From positions 1 through 45,938 of the IMG/VR virus record IMGVR_UViG_3300044580_000271: a stretch of DNA of 45,938 nucleotides. One strand, written 5' to 3'. The position numbers were made by a program, and so were the translations under genes. Shown piece by piece: positions 1-10,144 of this stretch. Numbering within the stretch: the first letter of the stretch is position 1; each line of letters begins with the position of its first letter. Source of the stretch: a virus. Lineage: Duplodnaviria; Caudoviricetes. Under the pieces are notes generated by a model. It had not been told where the DNA came from, made no database searches, and was given only the letters and a program-made list of their open reading frames with translations.

Positions 1-235
1 TCTCGGTGTGCCAAATTCTTGTAGATAAATCAGCAGGGCTAAAATTAGCGAGTCCATCAATAATAGTAGTTATATCAACAACATCATTTAATGAAGCATC
101 AATACGCATTATAGAAGCATCTTTAGCTTTGTCCCATGCGAATAAGAAACTTACAGATCCGTCAAGTACACCTATAGAAGTCTCGGTGTGCCAAATTCTT
201 GTAGATAAATCAGCAGGGCTAAAATTAGCGAGTCC
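1..235. repeat. Exact 55-bp direct repeat (1-55 and 181-235) within the fibre gene
   Basis: tctcggtgtg...gcgagtcc occurs twice 180 bp apart, in frame (GLANFSPADLSTRIWHTE). Confidence 0.9.
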
Positions 236-1363
236 CAATGATACATTCGCTATATCAGTTCTATTTTGTACAACTGAAGCGTCTAATGCTGCAAAATGGT
301 TACTAACATCTGTAAGTGTAAATCCTGCGGTAGTATCGAATCTATTAGCAGTAGCATTCCAATATGCTATACCATCTGCTAGAGGATTGTCTTGTCTTGT
401 AGCAACTGCTTGTGTTGACGCATCAAGATAGCCAGTTGATGTTTGAGCAGCAATACCAATTCTAAATGTTTGTTGTGATTCGTCAAATATGAACACATAA
501 GGTTCTTCAGATCCCCTTCCAACAACAATACCTGATTGTAGAGATGATGGGGGTGCGCCTGTTAAACCAGTATTTAAGTGAATATACGCACTTGATACAT
601 CGATGGTTTCAACATCTACTACATAAAGAGAACCGTTTATAGTAAGGTTTCCTTTGATAGTTGTATCACCATCCACATAAAGATCACCATTTGTTGTGAT
701 TGATACATCGCCAGCTACTTGCAATCCACCATTTGAAATGATTAATGCACCAGTCATAGTGTCACCGCTCTTGGCAACATAAAGATCTAGTGAAGAATCA
801 ATGTTTTGAATTAGACCATCTAATAAAGAAATAGATGAATCTTGATTTGCATTTTTAACAAATGCAGCACCCATAGATAAATCTAGAGCGGCAATTGAAG
901 AGTCTTGATTCTGATTTTTGAGATCCAAAGCAGCAATCGAAGTATCTTGATACTGATTCTTTAGATCTAAAGCAGCAATCGAAGTGTCTTGGTTTGCATT
1001 CTTAACGAATGCTGCACCCATCGAGGCATCTAATCCTGCGATAGAAGTGTCTATGAAATCCAAGCGTGTATCTAACGCCGTTGAAACATCTGATATAAGA
1101 ACATCTACTTCAGGTTTACTGTAATAGTTTGTTGATGTTTCAAAGGCCATTGTACCTAATTGTCTATATTGGATCGAAACATCCGTTCCAATTGATCCAA
1201 CAACTAACGCATAAGGAGTATCGCCTGCAAACGCATCTTCAGCCGCAAATGTAATATGTGTTGTTCCTTGTAGATATACCGATGAATCGAATGTAACATT
1301 TCGTAGAAATGACACACTTGAATCAAACACTGTATTTGGTGCTACAAATTTTGAGGTGTTCAT
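1..1363 (-). CDS. Tail-fibre/virion structural protein, runs off the left edge
   Basis: Not in the ORF track because it is open-ended. Read manually: MNTSKFVAPNTVFDSSVSF..., with QDTSIAALD repeats and the fibre motif KSGDTMTGAL; frame stays open wherever checked down to position 1. Confidence 0.75.
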   Translation of the reverse strand, partial: MNTSKFVAPNTVFDSSVSFLRNVTFDSSVYLQGTTHITFAAEDAFAGDTPYALVVGSIGTDVSIQYRQLGTMAFETSTNYYSKPEVDVLISDVSTALDTRLDFIDTSIAGLDASMGAAFVKNANQDTSIAALDLKNQYQDTSIAALDLKNQNQDSSIAALDLSMGAAFVKNANQDSSISLLDGLIQNIDSSLDLYVAKSGDTMTGALIISNGGLQVAGDVSITTNGDLYVDGDTTIKGNLTINGSLYVVDVETIDVSSAYIHLNTGLTGAPPSSLQSGIVVGRGSEEPYVFIFDESQQTFRIGIAAQTSTGYLDASTQAVATRQDNPLADGIAYWNATANRFDTTAGFTLTDVSNHFAALDASVVQNRTDIANVSLGLANFSPADLSTRIWHTETSIGVLDGSVSFLFAWDKAKDASIMRIDASLNDVVDITTIIDGLANFSPADLSTRIWHTE

Positions 1364-1418
1364 AGTTTACTAAACTATTTTAATTATATATTTTGCTCTT
1401 TCGAGTTATTTTTTTATC

Positions 1419-1922
1419 TTAAAAACCTATAATTGTAATGTTATAAATTGATCCTGCAGAAGGAGGTGTGTAAAATGACACATAATTTGTGCTCGATCCT
1501 TTAGTTATGGCTGGATAAATAGTTTCATTAGTCGATGCATCCCAAATTTCAACATTTTGTCTCAATGTACTTAAATCATGAACAACAGCAAATGTGGTGG
1601 TTACGTCGTTTCCAACAATTGAACCATCATACGTTAATACTGTGCTGGAAGGAGTTGTTCCGCCTATTTTAACCCAATAGATATAATTAGTGTAATTTGT
1701 TTCATCTGTTAAGAAATAAAGGCCATTATTGTCGGGGGTTGAATCAGCAACAACAGATACAACAATTCCCTTAAATAACCACACATTGGATCCTGCATCC
1801 TGCCATGTGGCAGGATTTATCAAATCCGCTTTTGTGCTTACAACTAATCTTCCATCTAAAGGAGCCTTTACAAGAGGTTCAAAGTTAGCTGCAAAATTAA
1901 ATGTACCTTTATTTCTTGACAT
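1419..1922 (-). CDS. Virion structural protein; N-terminal domain shared with 1937..3514
   Basis: MSRNKGTFNFxANFEPLxKAPLDxR N-terminus; structural gene context. Confidence 0.6.
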   Translation of the reverse strand: MSRNKGTFNFAANFEPLVKAPLDGRLVVSTKADLINPATWQDAGSNVWLFKGIVVSVVADSTPDNNGLYFLTDETNYTNYIYWVKIGGTTPSSTVLTYDGSIVGNDVTTTFAVVHDLSTLRQNVEIWDASTNETIYPAITKGSSTNYVSFYTPPSAGSIYNITIIGF

Positions 1923-1936
1923 TTAATGTAGTTATT

Positions 1937-3514
1937 TTAGAATTCTAATCTTATTTGTACGGCACTCCTATCATCACTATTGTAAGTATATTTAGTGTAG
2001 TTTATAGATTGTCCTTGTATTGTTTCTGTTGTGCCTGATGATGTCCAATATGTCAATGATGTTCCGGCCGTTCCACCCTGATATTCCCATTGACCTGAAA
2101 CTGTATTGTATGTTCTAACTCCAGTTAAAGGATTGTTTGTGGGTGCCCCTATCCATGCATTTGGAACTTCAAATGCTTGTTTATTTCCCCCTGATTCACT
2201 AACTAAAGATAATGTAATAGGACCTGAAGTTGTCATAGCTACAAGAGATTGTTTTGTCATAACTCCAATAGTAACGGTTGAAGCGAATAATGGGTAAACA
2301 CCTGTTATCGTTATAGTATTTGAATTAACAGTTCCTGGTGCAAGTGATGAATCATAAGGATTTCCTTTATTATCATATGGTTGAACACCCCCGTCATAAC
2401 TGATAGCTACATTCCATGTGTATGTTCCTAATGGAATAGAAGCATCAAATACAGGAGCTGCATATGGATTAGTACTTGTCGAAATATCTACTAATCCTGG
2501 TCCTGTTCCACCAAAATTAAAGTTATTAGGTAATCCACTTCGATATGGACTATCTGCTGTATATTGTGGATTGATACTACCTCTATTAAGTGTTGAAGTA
2601 AATGTTAAAGGAACATTTGCTGATACTTCATATAATAATGTTGTAGGTGCAACAGCTATTGTTGCTGAAGGACCAGTTAATGTTGGATATTGAGTCGGGA
2701 ATAACAAATCGTTTAATATTGAAGTTAAAGTGTCACCTTTTAAATCATATACTTTTGTTCCAGCAGGAATACCTCCAACGGCGCTTGGCATAGTTAGACT
2801 AGGATCTAATGAAGTTTCGTAAAATACATGAGTTGTACTTATGTCACCAGTAAATGCTCCACTAGATACGCTTACATCTAAATATCCTGAAGCATCCCAA
2901 TACAATCCATAACCTAAAGAAGCTTCTTTAACGAACGGGCCTTCAGCAAACGAAGCCTCTAAATTTTGAACTCTAAGATCTAATTGACCAATGGAAGCAT
3001 TAATAAATCCTATGGAAGCATTTATTGAAACAAGATAATTAAAAATAGTATTTATACTCCCATCTATTCTCTGAATAGATGCATCTAATTGATCTAAAAT
3101 TGGAAATATTACATTGATGCTTCCATCTATTCTGGATATTGAAGCATTAATTGTAAATATTTGATTATAAATATTGTTGATGGAAGCATCTCTTAAAGCT
3201 AATGAACCATCAATATATGTCATTAAAGCGGTAACATCAATCTCGGCACCACCTCCAACTTTAACCCAATTAGTTGATACATCATAATTATCAGCATCTT
3301 TAAGAAAGTAAACTCCATTTAATGAGGGATCACTATCATTTCCTACACCGACAATCATTCCGTTATATAGCCAAACAAGACTATCTGCATCTATCCATGT
3401 GGATGGGTTAGTTAAATCAGCATAAGCTCCAACTACTTGTCTTGCATCTAACGGTGCTTTAAGTAGAGGTTCAAAGTTTGCTGAAAAATTGAATGTACCT
3501 TTATTACGTGACAT
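1937..3514 (-). CDS. Fibre-like virion protein (shared N-domain, heptad DxSI coiled coil, beta-rich C-domain)
   Basis: DASI/DGSI heptad repeats; C-terminal ~290 aa closely similar to the C-terminus of 3529..6171. Confidence 0.65.
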   Translation of the reverse strand: MSRNKGTFNFSANFEPLLKAPLDARQVVGAYADLTNPSTWIDADSLVWLYNGMIVGVGNDSDPSLNGVYFLKDADNYDVSTNWVKVGGGAEIDVTALMTYIDGSLALRDASINNIYNQIFTINASISRIDGSINVIFPILDQLDASIQRIDGSINTIFNYLVSINASIGFINASIGQLDLRVQNLEASFAEGPFVKEASLGYGLYWDASGYLDVSVSSGAFTGDISTTHVFYETSLDPSLTMPSAVGGIPAGTKVYDLKGDTLTSILNDLLFPTQYPTLTGPSATIAVAPTTLLYEVSANVPLTFTSTLNRGSINPQYTADSPYRSGLPNNFNFGGTGPGLVDISTSTNPYAAPVFDASIPLGTYTWNVAISYDGGVQPYDNKGNPYDSSLAPGTVNSNTITITGVYPLFASTVTIGVMTKQSLVAMTTSGPITLSLVSESGGNKQAFEVPNAWIGAPTNNPLTGVRTYNTVSGQWEYQGGTAGTSLTYWTSSGTTETIQGQSINYTKYTYNSDDRSAVQIRLEF

Positions 3515-3528
3515 TTTTTTATATTATT

Positions 3529-6171
3529 TTAAAAAATCAATCTTATTTGAATTGAACTTCTGTCGGTTCCATTATAAGTGTATCTTGTATAATTAATTAT
3601 ATTTCCTTGTACGGTTTCGGTTACAGATGATGTTGTCCAATAACTTAATGATGTAGCTTGTGTTCCACCTTGGTATTCCCAAGATAATGTTAAGGTATTA
3701 TATGTTTGAATTCCTTGTAATGGTCTTGATGTTAGCCAAGCATTTGGAATTTCAAATTTTTGTTTATTTCCCCCACTTTCGGGAACCATATTATATACTA
3801 TATTATTTCCGGTTATCATTGACACTAAGGTTTGTTTTGTTAAAGTAGTTATATTTGTTGTTGTTCCAAACAATGGATATACTCCTTCAATGGTTCTTGT
3901 AATAATGGAGGTATTTCCAGCTGATAATGGTGTTGAATAATTATTTCCTTTACTATCTTTTGGCTGTACACCTGCATCATACGAAATATATGATGTCCAG
4001 GATTGATTTCCATTAATTACAACATAACTTGGATTTGATTGATTATCAGTTAATGATGTTGATAAAACTGATGAAGGTAATCCAGTTCCCGTATAATTAT
4101 AAGTATTTGGTAATCCACTTCTATAAGGACTAGCTGCTGTATATTGAGGATTTATTGAACCTCGATTAAATGTCGCAGTAAATGATAATGAAATATTTTG
4201 TGCTATTTCATATAAAGTTGTTGTAGGATTGATTGTGAATGATGAAGAAGGATTTGTTAAAGTAGGATATGCAGTAGGAAATAAAAGAGCATCCCATAAG
4301 CTACTTAATGTGTCACCGTCTAAATCATATACAGATGTGCCGGCAGGAATTCCACCAATAGTATTTGGCATTGTTATAGATGGGTCTAAAGAAGAATTAT
4401 AAATGCCTCCAGTCAAGGTTAGAATAGATACATCTTGAATTATTTGCCAAGCATATAATTCGTTTAATGAAGCATCTTGATTACTACCCTGAGCCCCTTG
4501 AAGTCCTTGAGTTCCTTGAATACCTTGTGATCCTTCAGTACCTTGAACCCCTTGTCCTGCAAAACCACCCGAAATACCTTGAGCACCTTGAATACCAAAT
4601 GTTCCCTGAGTTCCTTGAATACAAAGACCTTGAGGACCAATTTTTCCTTGAGCTCCTTGAATACTTAAACCTTGTATACCTTGAGTACCTTGTGTTCCTT
4701 GAACACCTAAACCTTGAGCACCTTCTCGTCCTTGAATACCTCTGGTTCCTTGTATGCCTTGAAGCCCATCTTCACCCTGCGTGCCTTGAACACCTAAACC
4801 TTGAGCTCCTACTAATCCTTGTATACCTCTAGATCCTTGTATACCTAATTTACCTTGAACACCTTGTGTTCCTTGAACACCTAAACCTTGAGCTCCTTCT
4901 CGACCTTGAATACCTCTAGTTCCTTGTGTGCCTAATTTACCTTGAACACCTTGAGTTCCTTGAACACCTAAACCTTGAGATCCTACAGTTCCTTGAATAC
5001 CTCTAGTTCCTTGTATACCTTGAATACCATCAGTTCCTTGAACTCCTTGAGAACCAATAATACCCTGAGAACCAATAATTCCTTGAATACCTCTGGTTCC
5101 TTGTAAACCTAATCTACCTTGAATTCCTTGAGTTCCTTGAATTCCTTGCGAACCAATTGTTCCTTGGATTCCTTGAACACCCAATGTTCCTTGAGTTCCT
5201 ATTCTTCCTTGAACTCCTATAATACCTTGTATACCTATTTGTCCCTGAATACCTTGGGCCCCTTGCACACCTAGAGTTCCTTGAGTTCCTGTTAATCCTT
5301 GTGATCCAATGGTGCCTTGAATACCTTGAGATCCACTTACTTCAAGATAACCGGAATCCCAATAGAAATCAGTACCTAAAGATGCTTCTGTAACACTTCC
5401 TATAGTACGATTATTATATAACCAATTTATTGAGGCATCACGGCTTGCTAAACTACCATCTATATAAATTTTTAATTGATCACAACAAGCGGTACTAACT
5501 TCTAAATATCCATTAGACCAATAAAAATCAGCTCCAAGAGATGAATCTAAAACGATGTTAGAATAAATATCCGGGTTTAATCTAAAAGTAATTAAACCTG
5601 AAGATGAATCGGTAACAATTATTCCTTGAGTTCCTATAACTCGTTTAAAATAAAAGGTAGTTCCAAATGAGGTATCAACACGACTATGGTAAACGCCAAC
5701 ATGACTTCCGTCTGGAACATCTAAAATATTTAAGCCAACATACGGACCTGTATGATTTGCTCTATCAAGATAATAATCCGGGCCTTCGCCTTTTAATGTA
5801 TCAGCATCTATTGAAACGTCTGAAGGAGGAACTGGGGGTGTTGGTGTATTACTATTATAATATACATACCATCTTAAAATATCCGCAGTATTATAACCAA
5901 GTCTTGTATATCTTATATGAAGATAGAAATCAGGGCGATCTCTAAATTCAATATTATTTAAATTGGTTTGTGTAAGAGTATTCCAATTTGTCCAAATAAT
6001 ATTATCAAATGAATATCTAAATTCTTTTTTAGTAAAAAGCCCGGATAAATCTTCTTCTTTAAAATATTGTATCTTTTGGACATGAAGAGGCTCTTCAGAA
6101 TCCTTTATTCCAGGACTAAAAAATTCTATTGTCTTTACATATTCATATCTTGCAAGCTGATATTGTAGCAT
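3529..6171 (-). CDS. Collagen-like (Gly-X-Gln) fibre protein
   Basis: Long GxQ triplet run (GIQGTQGSQ...) between globular domains. Confidence 0.8.
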   Translation of the reverse strand: MLQYQLARYEYVKTIEFFSPGIKDSEEPLHVQKIQYFKEEDLSGLFTKKEFRYSFDNIIWTNWNTLTQTNLNNIEFRDRPDFYLHIRYTRLGYNTADILRWYVYYNSNTPTPPVPPSDVSIDADTLKGEGPDYYLDRANHTGPYVGLNILDVPDGSHVGVYHSRVDTSFGTTFYFKRVIGTQGIIVTDSSSGLITFRLNPDIYSNIVLDSSLGADFYWSNGYLEVSTACCDQLKIYIDGSLASRDASINWLYNNRTIGSVTEASLGTDFYWDSGYLEVSGSQGIQGTIGSQGLTGTQGTLGVQGAQGIQGQIGIQGIIGVQGRIGTQGTLGVQGIQGTIGSQGIQGTQGIQGRLGLQGTRGIQGIIGSQGIIGSQGVQGTDGIQGIQGTRGIQGTVGSQGLGVQGTQGVQGKLGTQGTRGIQGREGAQGLGVQGTQGVQGKLGIQGSRGIQGLVGAQGLGVQGTQGEDGLQGIQGTRGIQGREGAQGLGVQGTQGTQGIQGLSIQGAQGKIGPQGLCIQGTQGTFGIQGAQGISGGFAGQGVQGTEGSQGIQGTQGLQGAQGSNQDASLNELYAWQIIQDVSILTLTGGIYNSSLDPSITMPNTIGGIPAGTSVYDLDGDTLSSLWDALLFPTAYPTLTNPSSSFTINPTTTLYEIAQNISLSFTATFNRGSINPQYTAASPYRSGLPNTYNYTGTGLPSSVLSTSLTDNQSNPSYVVINGNQSWTSYISYDAGVQPKDSKGNNYSTPLSAGNTSIITRTIEGVYPLFGTTTNITTLTKQTLVSMITGNNIVYNMVPESGGNKQKFEIPNAWLTSRPLQGIQTYNTLTLSWEYQGGTQATSLSYWTTSSVTETVQGNIINYTRYTYNGTDRSSIQIRLIF

Positions 6172-6206
6172 TTAATTGGACAATTATTTTTATTATTTAT
6201 TCAAAT

Positions 6207-6231
6207 AAAAAAGGGTTCTCGAGCCCTTTTT
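6207..6231. terminator. Intrinsic terminator, probably bidirectional
   Basis: aaaaaagggttc-tc-gagccctttt hairpin with A/T tracts. Confidence 0.7.
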
Positions 6232-6259
6232 ATTCGCAATTTTTAAATGTCCCAACCAT

Positions 6260-6976
6260 TTAAATTATAATATCATCATATTTAGTATAAATTCCTTCTA
6301 CTAAAACATTTTTAATTCCTAAAATTAAATCATTATATGTTCCGGCGATTAAAGTATATCCTTTTTGTTGTAATCCATTTTCTAAATATCCATTTGTTGA
6401 CTCTATAAAATCCATAATTCCATCAGTTTTATCCCCATATTCTATACCAAGCCTTCCCATTTCAGTATAAGCAAATATTAATGCTTCAACTGTATTCATT
6501 AAATCTTCTGAATCTGCAAATGAAAGATATTGAGGAACAACAAATTTAGCATAATACCATCTCTGTCTACATGATTTTAAAAGATTTGCATGATGTTTAT
6601 GCCATTCTAATAAAATAAACCCCTGAGCTTGTTGTTGTGTATAACCTTTTCCCATTAAATAAATTACAGCAGATATTGAATCCGGATACGAGTAATAATG
6701 AATAGCTAGATCTTTTTCAATATTAGTTAAATTAGACCATCCTATTTCCATTACTAAATCTTTAATGGCAGTTTTGTATGCAAAATAATCATTAACTACA
6801 ATATCCCCAAATAAATGCCAATTTGTAATTGAAGATATATCAGCATATCCAGATGGAATTACATCGGTAAATATTCTTTTAAATGGTGGGTTTCCATTTA
6901 AATCGGATTCATTCCATGTTTGTAAATCAACACCAATAATTTGACCATTTAAATTATATCCTAAAAGCTTTTTCAT
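6260..6976 (-). CDS. Hypothetical protein (structural region)
   Basis: 238-aa ORF abutting the upstream gene. Confidence 0.6.
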   Translation of the reverse strand: MKKLLGYNLNGQIIGVDLQTWNESDLNGNPPFKRIFTDVIPSGYADISSITNWHLFGDIVVNDYFAYKTAIKDLVMEIGWSNLTNIEKDLAIHYYSYPDSISAVIYLMGKGYTQQQAQGFILLEWHKHHANLLKSCRQRWYYAKFVVPQYLSFADSEDLMNTVEALIFAYTEMGRLGIEYGDKTDGIMDFIESTNGYLENGLQQKGYTLIAGTYNDLILGIKNVLVEGIYTKYDDIII

Positions 6977-7719
6977 TATAATACTCTTATTATTTCTATT
7001 AATGCGTCGCTTATGGTTGTATTACCTGATGAATTCCAAAAATTTAAAGCAACTCTATGAGCTGTATGAGTATCAAACGAAACATAAAATACTCTATATT
7101 GAGATCTTACTTCAGTTATATTTGATATTCTAAAACTTAACGTGTTACGTTCTCCTTGAGCCACATTATCTAAGGAAAATGAAAAATATGAATTGGCGTT
7201 TGTCGAACTTCTGCTCCATAGCCAACTAACTGATATTTTATACATTCCTGGGGGCAAAGGAGGAGTCCATTCATCTATTTTTGAAACTGGAGATGTTGAA
7301 TATGTTGTGGAATTAGGAGATGATTCATATCTTAAATAATATTGTCCATAATATGATGGCATAATTCCAGAACTTGACATTTTTCCACTTGCATCTATTA
7401 CAGCTATAGTTACATTTTGTAATTCAGTATTCAAAGAAGTATCCGTTATGAATAATGGGGCTTCAATTTTTACTGGTTCGTTATAAATAAATTCATCAGA
7501 CAATGGCTCTCCTGTGTGATTTTGAACAATATAATTTAAAATAGAAATATCATTTATCAATAATTCTGAACTAAAAAATAAATTGACACTTGGATCTATT
7601 TTTTGAATATAACTTAAAGAAGAATCTACAGAGCTATCATAAATTGAAATAGTTAAAGAATCTAAATCAACCTTTTGATTTAGAAAATCAGCAATATTAT
7701 AATCATATTTAAAATCCAT
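6976..7719 (-). CDS. Putative virion protein with beta-sandwich C-terminus
   Basis: 247-aa ORF, DxS-rich N-half, Ser/Thr/aromatic beta-strand C-half. Confidence 0.55.
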   Translation of the reverse strand: MDFKYDYNIADFLNQKVDLDSLTISIYDSSVDSSLSYIQKIDPSVNLFFSSELLINDISILNYIVQNHTGEPLSDEFIYNEPVKIEAPLFITDTSLNTELQNVTIAVIDASGKMSSSGIMPSYYGQYYLRYESSPNSTTYSTSPVSKIDEWTPPLPPGMYKISVSWLWSRSSTNANSYFSFSLDNVAQGERNTLSFRISNITEVRSQYRVFYVSFDTHTAHRVALNFWNSSGNTTISDALIEIIRVL

Positions 7720-7720
7720 A

Positions 7721-7849
7721 TTATAAATTTATTTGCCCCACATCAGCTTTTCTAAATTCCAAACGAATATCACGAATATAAGCGGTTGATCCTGCATCAG
7801 CATAATAATCTACTTTAACGTAATGACCTGACGGATCTTGATTAATCAT
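7721..7849 (-). pseudogene. 42-aa orphan C-terminal-like fragment (MINQDPSGHYVKVDYYADAGSTAYIRDIRLEFRKADVGQINL)
   Basis: Open frame overlapping the stop of 7842..10079 and ending just before the next ATG; reads like the end of a beta-sandwich domain. Confidence 0.4.
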
Positions 7850-10079
7850 AAGCATTCGTTGTAGCATTTAACGATACTATATGTTTAGTTGAATTATCGA
7901 CTCGAATATGAAAATCTCTTGTTATTGATGTTTCAGTATCTACTGTAGCTGATAATATTGTTCCGGCATAAGGTGGTCTAACACCCACAGTTGATGAATG
8001 AGCCGCCCCATCCATAGTTAAATAACCAGCTACATTAGAATTAAGAGATGATCTGCCAAATGTATAAATTGTATGATCAGTTGATAATACTTTATTTCGA
8101 CTAGCGTCATAAATGTATAAATTCCCCCAACTTGCATCTAGCAAATCAGTTAATTGTTTTATCTCACTAATTGACGCATCTTGAACAATTTGCCAATCAA
8201 ATAGTTGGTTAATTGATAAATCTCTTTCTATTAATGACGAATCAATATAATTATAAATAGCATTTATTGATGTATCACTAATTGAGGTTCCTTGAGTTCC
8301 TTGAACACCTTGAATTCCTTGAGATCCTTCTACTCCTTGAGATCCTAAAGTTCCCTGCGTACCCTGTGATCCTTGAATTCCTTCAAGTCCTTGTGATCCT
8401 ATTGTTCCTTGGATTCCCTGAGTTCCTTGAATACCTTGAGTTCCAAAAGTTCCTTGTATACCAATTTGACCTTGAATACCTTGCGTGCCTTGGGTTCCTT
8501 GGGTTCCTTGAGCTCCTTGAATACCTGCAAGACCTTGAATTCCTATAGTTCCTTGTATACCTTGTGTTCCTTGTGTTCCTATTTTACCTTGAATACCTTG
8601 AACACCTTGAATACCTACAGTTCCTTGAATTCCCTGAACACCTTGCGTTCCTTGGGTTCCTTTAGTTCCAAAAGTTCCTTGAGTTCCAAAAGTTCCTTGA
8701 ATTCCTTGAGAACCTATAACACCTTGAACTCCTCGATTTCCTTGTACACCTTGCGTTCCTTGAGTTCCTTGTAAACCAATATGTCCATGAGCACCTTGTG
8801 TTCCTTGAACACCTTGAATTCCTTGTGTTCCTATTGTGCCTTGGATTCCTTCAAGTCCTTGTATACCAATTTCTCCTTGAATACCTTGGGCTCCTTGAAT
8901 TCCTATAGTTCCTTGAGTTCCTTGTGAACCTTGAATTCCTTGGGCACCTGTTGCTTGTAATAATCCATCAACCCATAGAAAATAGCTATGATTTAATGAT
9001 ACGTCTGGAATATAATTGGATCTTATATCATTTAATGATCCGTCAACATAAGCATAATCCATGGAAAGTACGCTGACATCCAAATACCCTAATGGATCCC
9101 ATACAAAGGCAGATCCTAAAGAGGATTCCCTTACATAAGCGTCAATAGCTTGTTTTCCATCTAATGCTTGCTGTAAACCAGTAATAGTATTAATAGGTTG
9201 TTGTCCCTTATGATTTGGTCTCCATAGATAATAAGATCCTGGTTGTCCATCTAAGGTTGTACAATCTCTAGAAATTGAGGTGTGACAAGATTCATCATAG
9301 TATTCTTGAGGACATGGTTTTGTTGGAATTATTGGTGCGGATGGTGTGCATGTAGTATCTTCTTTTGGAATAGTTGATGAATCATATTGTTTGTATGTTA
9401 AAGACATCTTAGAAATTTTAGCTTCCTGATTTGCCTTTACATATCTGAATTCAAAAAATAAAAATGGCTTATTTTTTAAATTTAAACTCGTTAAATTATT
9501 TTGATTTAATGGTTCCCACGCAGACCAATAATTCTTGTTATTGGACCATCTAAATTCTTTTTTATCAAATGAACCAGAAGAATCGTCTTTATAAAAACGA
9601 ATTTTTTCAACATTCTGAATAGGTGAGGAGTTCCTTAAAATAGTAATATTTCCTGAATCTGTTTTCGCAAAATTGGAAAAAACCTTTGTACTTACAGAAC
9701 TTGGCTGAGATGGCGAAGTTTGTTGTGTTGGCACAACATTTGGTTGAGGTGTTGATGTCTGCGAAGATGAAGAAGGGCTTGTAGAATCATAAGTTAGACT
9801 AAATGTAGATACCCCCGCTGATTGATTTGCCTTTACATATCTAATTTCAAGAAATAATCTTGACCCCTTTATTTGTAAATTCGTTAAATTTCCTTGATTT
9901 AATGATTCCCATGCTGACCAGTAATTGTTATTAAATGACCATCTGAACTCTTTTTTGTCAAAAGTACCATGAGAGTCATCTTTAAAAAATCGAATGTTCC
10001 CAATGTTTTCTATAGGAACACTATTCTTTAAAATAACTACGTTACCTGATTCAGATTTAACGAAATTAGAGAAAAGCAT
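7842..10079 (-). CDS. Collagen-like fibre protein with duplicated N-terminal domain
   Basis: Two copies of the FSNFxKxxSGN...KKEFRWS...WSAWE domain, then a GxQ run. Confidence 0.8.
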   Translation of the reverse strand: MLFSNFVKSESGNVVILKNSVPIENIGNIRFFKDDSHGTFDKKEFRWSFNNNYWSAWESLNQGNLTNLQIKGSRLFLEIRYVKANQSAGVSTFSLTYDSTSPSSSSQTSTPQPNVVPTQQTSPSQPSSVSTKVFSNFAKTDSGNITILRNSSPIQNVEKIRFYKDDSSGSFDKKEFRWSNNKNYWSAWEPLNQNNLTSLNLKNKPFLFFEFRYVKANQEAKISKMSLTYKQYDSSTIPKEDTTCTPSAPIIPTKPCPQEYYDESCHTSISRDCTTLDGQPGSYYLWRPNHKGQQPINTITGLQQALDGKQAIDAYVRESSLGSAFVWDPLGYLDVSVLSMDYAYVDGSLNDIRSNYIPDVSLNHSYFLWVDGLLQATGAQGIQGSQGTQGTIGIQGAQGIQGEIGIQGLEGIQGTIGTQGIQGVQGTQGAHGHIGLQGTQGTQGVQGNRGVQGVIGSQGIQGTFGTQGTFGTKGTQGTQGVQGIQGTVGIQGVQGIQGKIGTQGTQGIQGTIGIQGLAGIQGAQGTQGTQGTQGIQGQIGIQGTFGTQGIQGTQGIQGTIGSQGLEGIQGSQGTQGTLGSQGVEGSQGIQGVQGTQGTSISDTSINAIYNYIDSSLIERDLSINQLFDWQIVQDASISEIKQLTDLLDASWGNLYIYDASRNKVLSTDHTIYTFGRSSLNSNVAGYLTMDGAAHSSTVGVRPPYAGTILSATVDTETSITRDFHIRVDNSTKHIVSLNATTNAYD

Positions 10080-10144
10080 TAACTCTCTTTATCATTTTAT
10101 TTATTTATCTTTAGAATTGGAATGCCCTTCTAAAAATGAGAGAG

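Noticed and set aside
1937-6171. Diversity-generating retroelement TR/VR pair from the similar C-termini of two fibre genes
   Set aside because: Both copies are coding, differences are not adenine-restricted, and there is no reverse transcriptase in the window
4467-8774. Plus-strand ORFs with LEYL/LNTL repeats (4467, 8282, 8409) and other antisense ORFs such as 6..431, 2106 and 2418
   Set aside because: Shadows of the GxQ collagen and fibre genes on the opposite strand
4480-8945. ccttg-rich periodic repeats as a possible CRISPR or satellite array
   Set aside because: The 9-bp period is explained by Gly-X-Gln codons; there are no unique spacers and no cas genes
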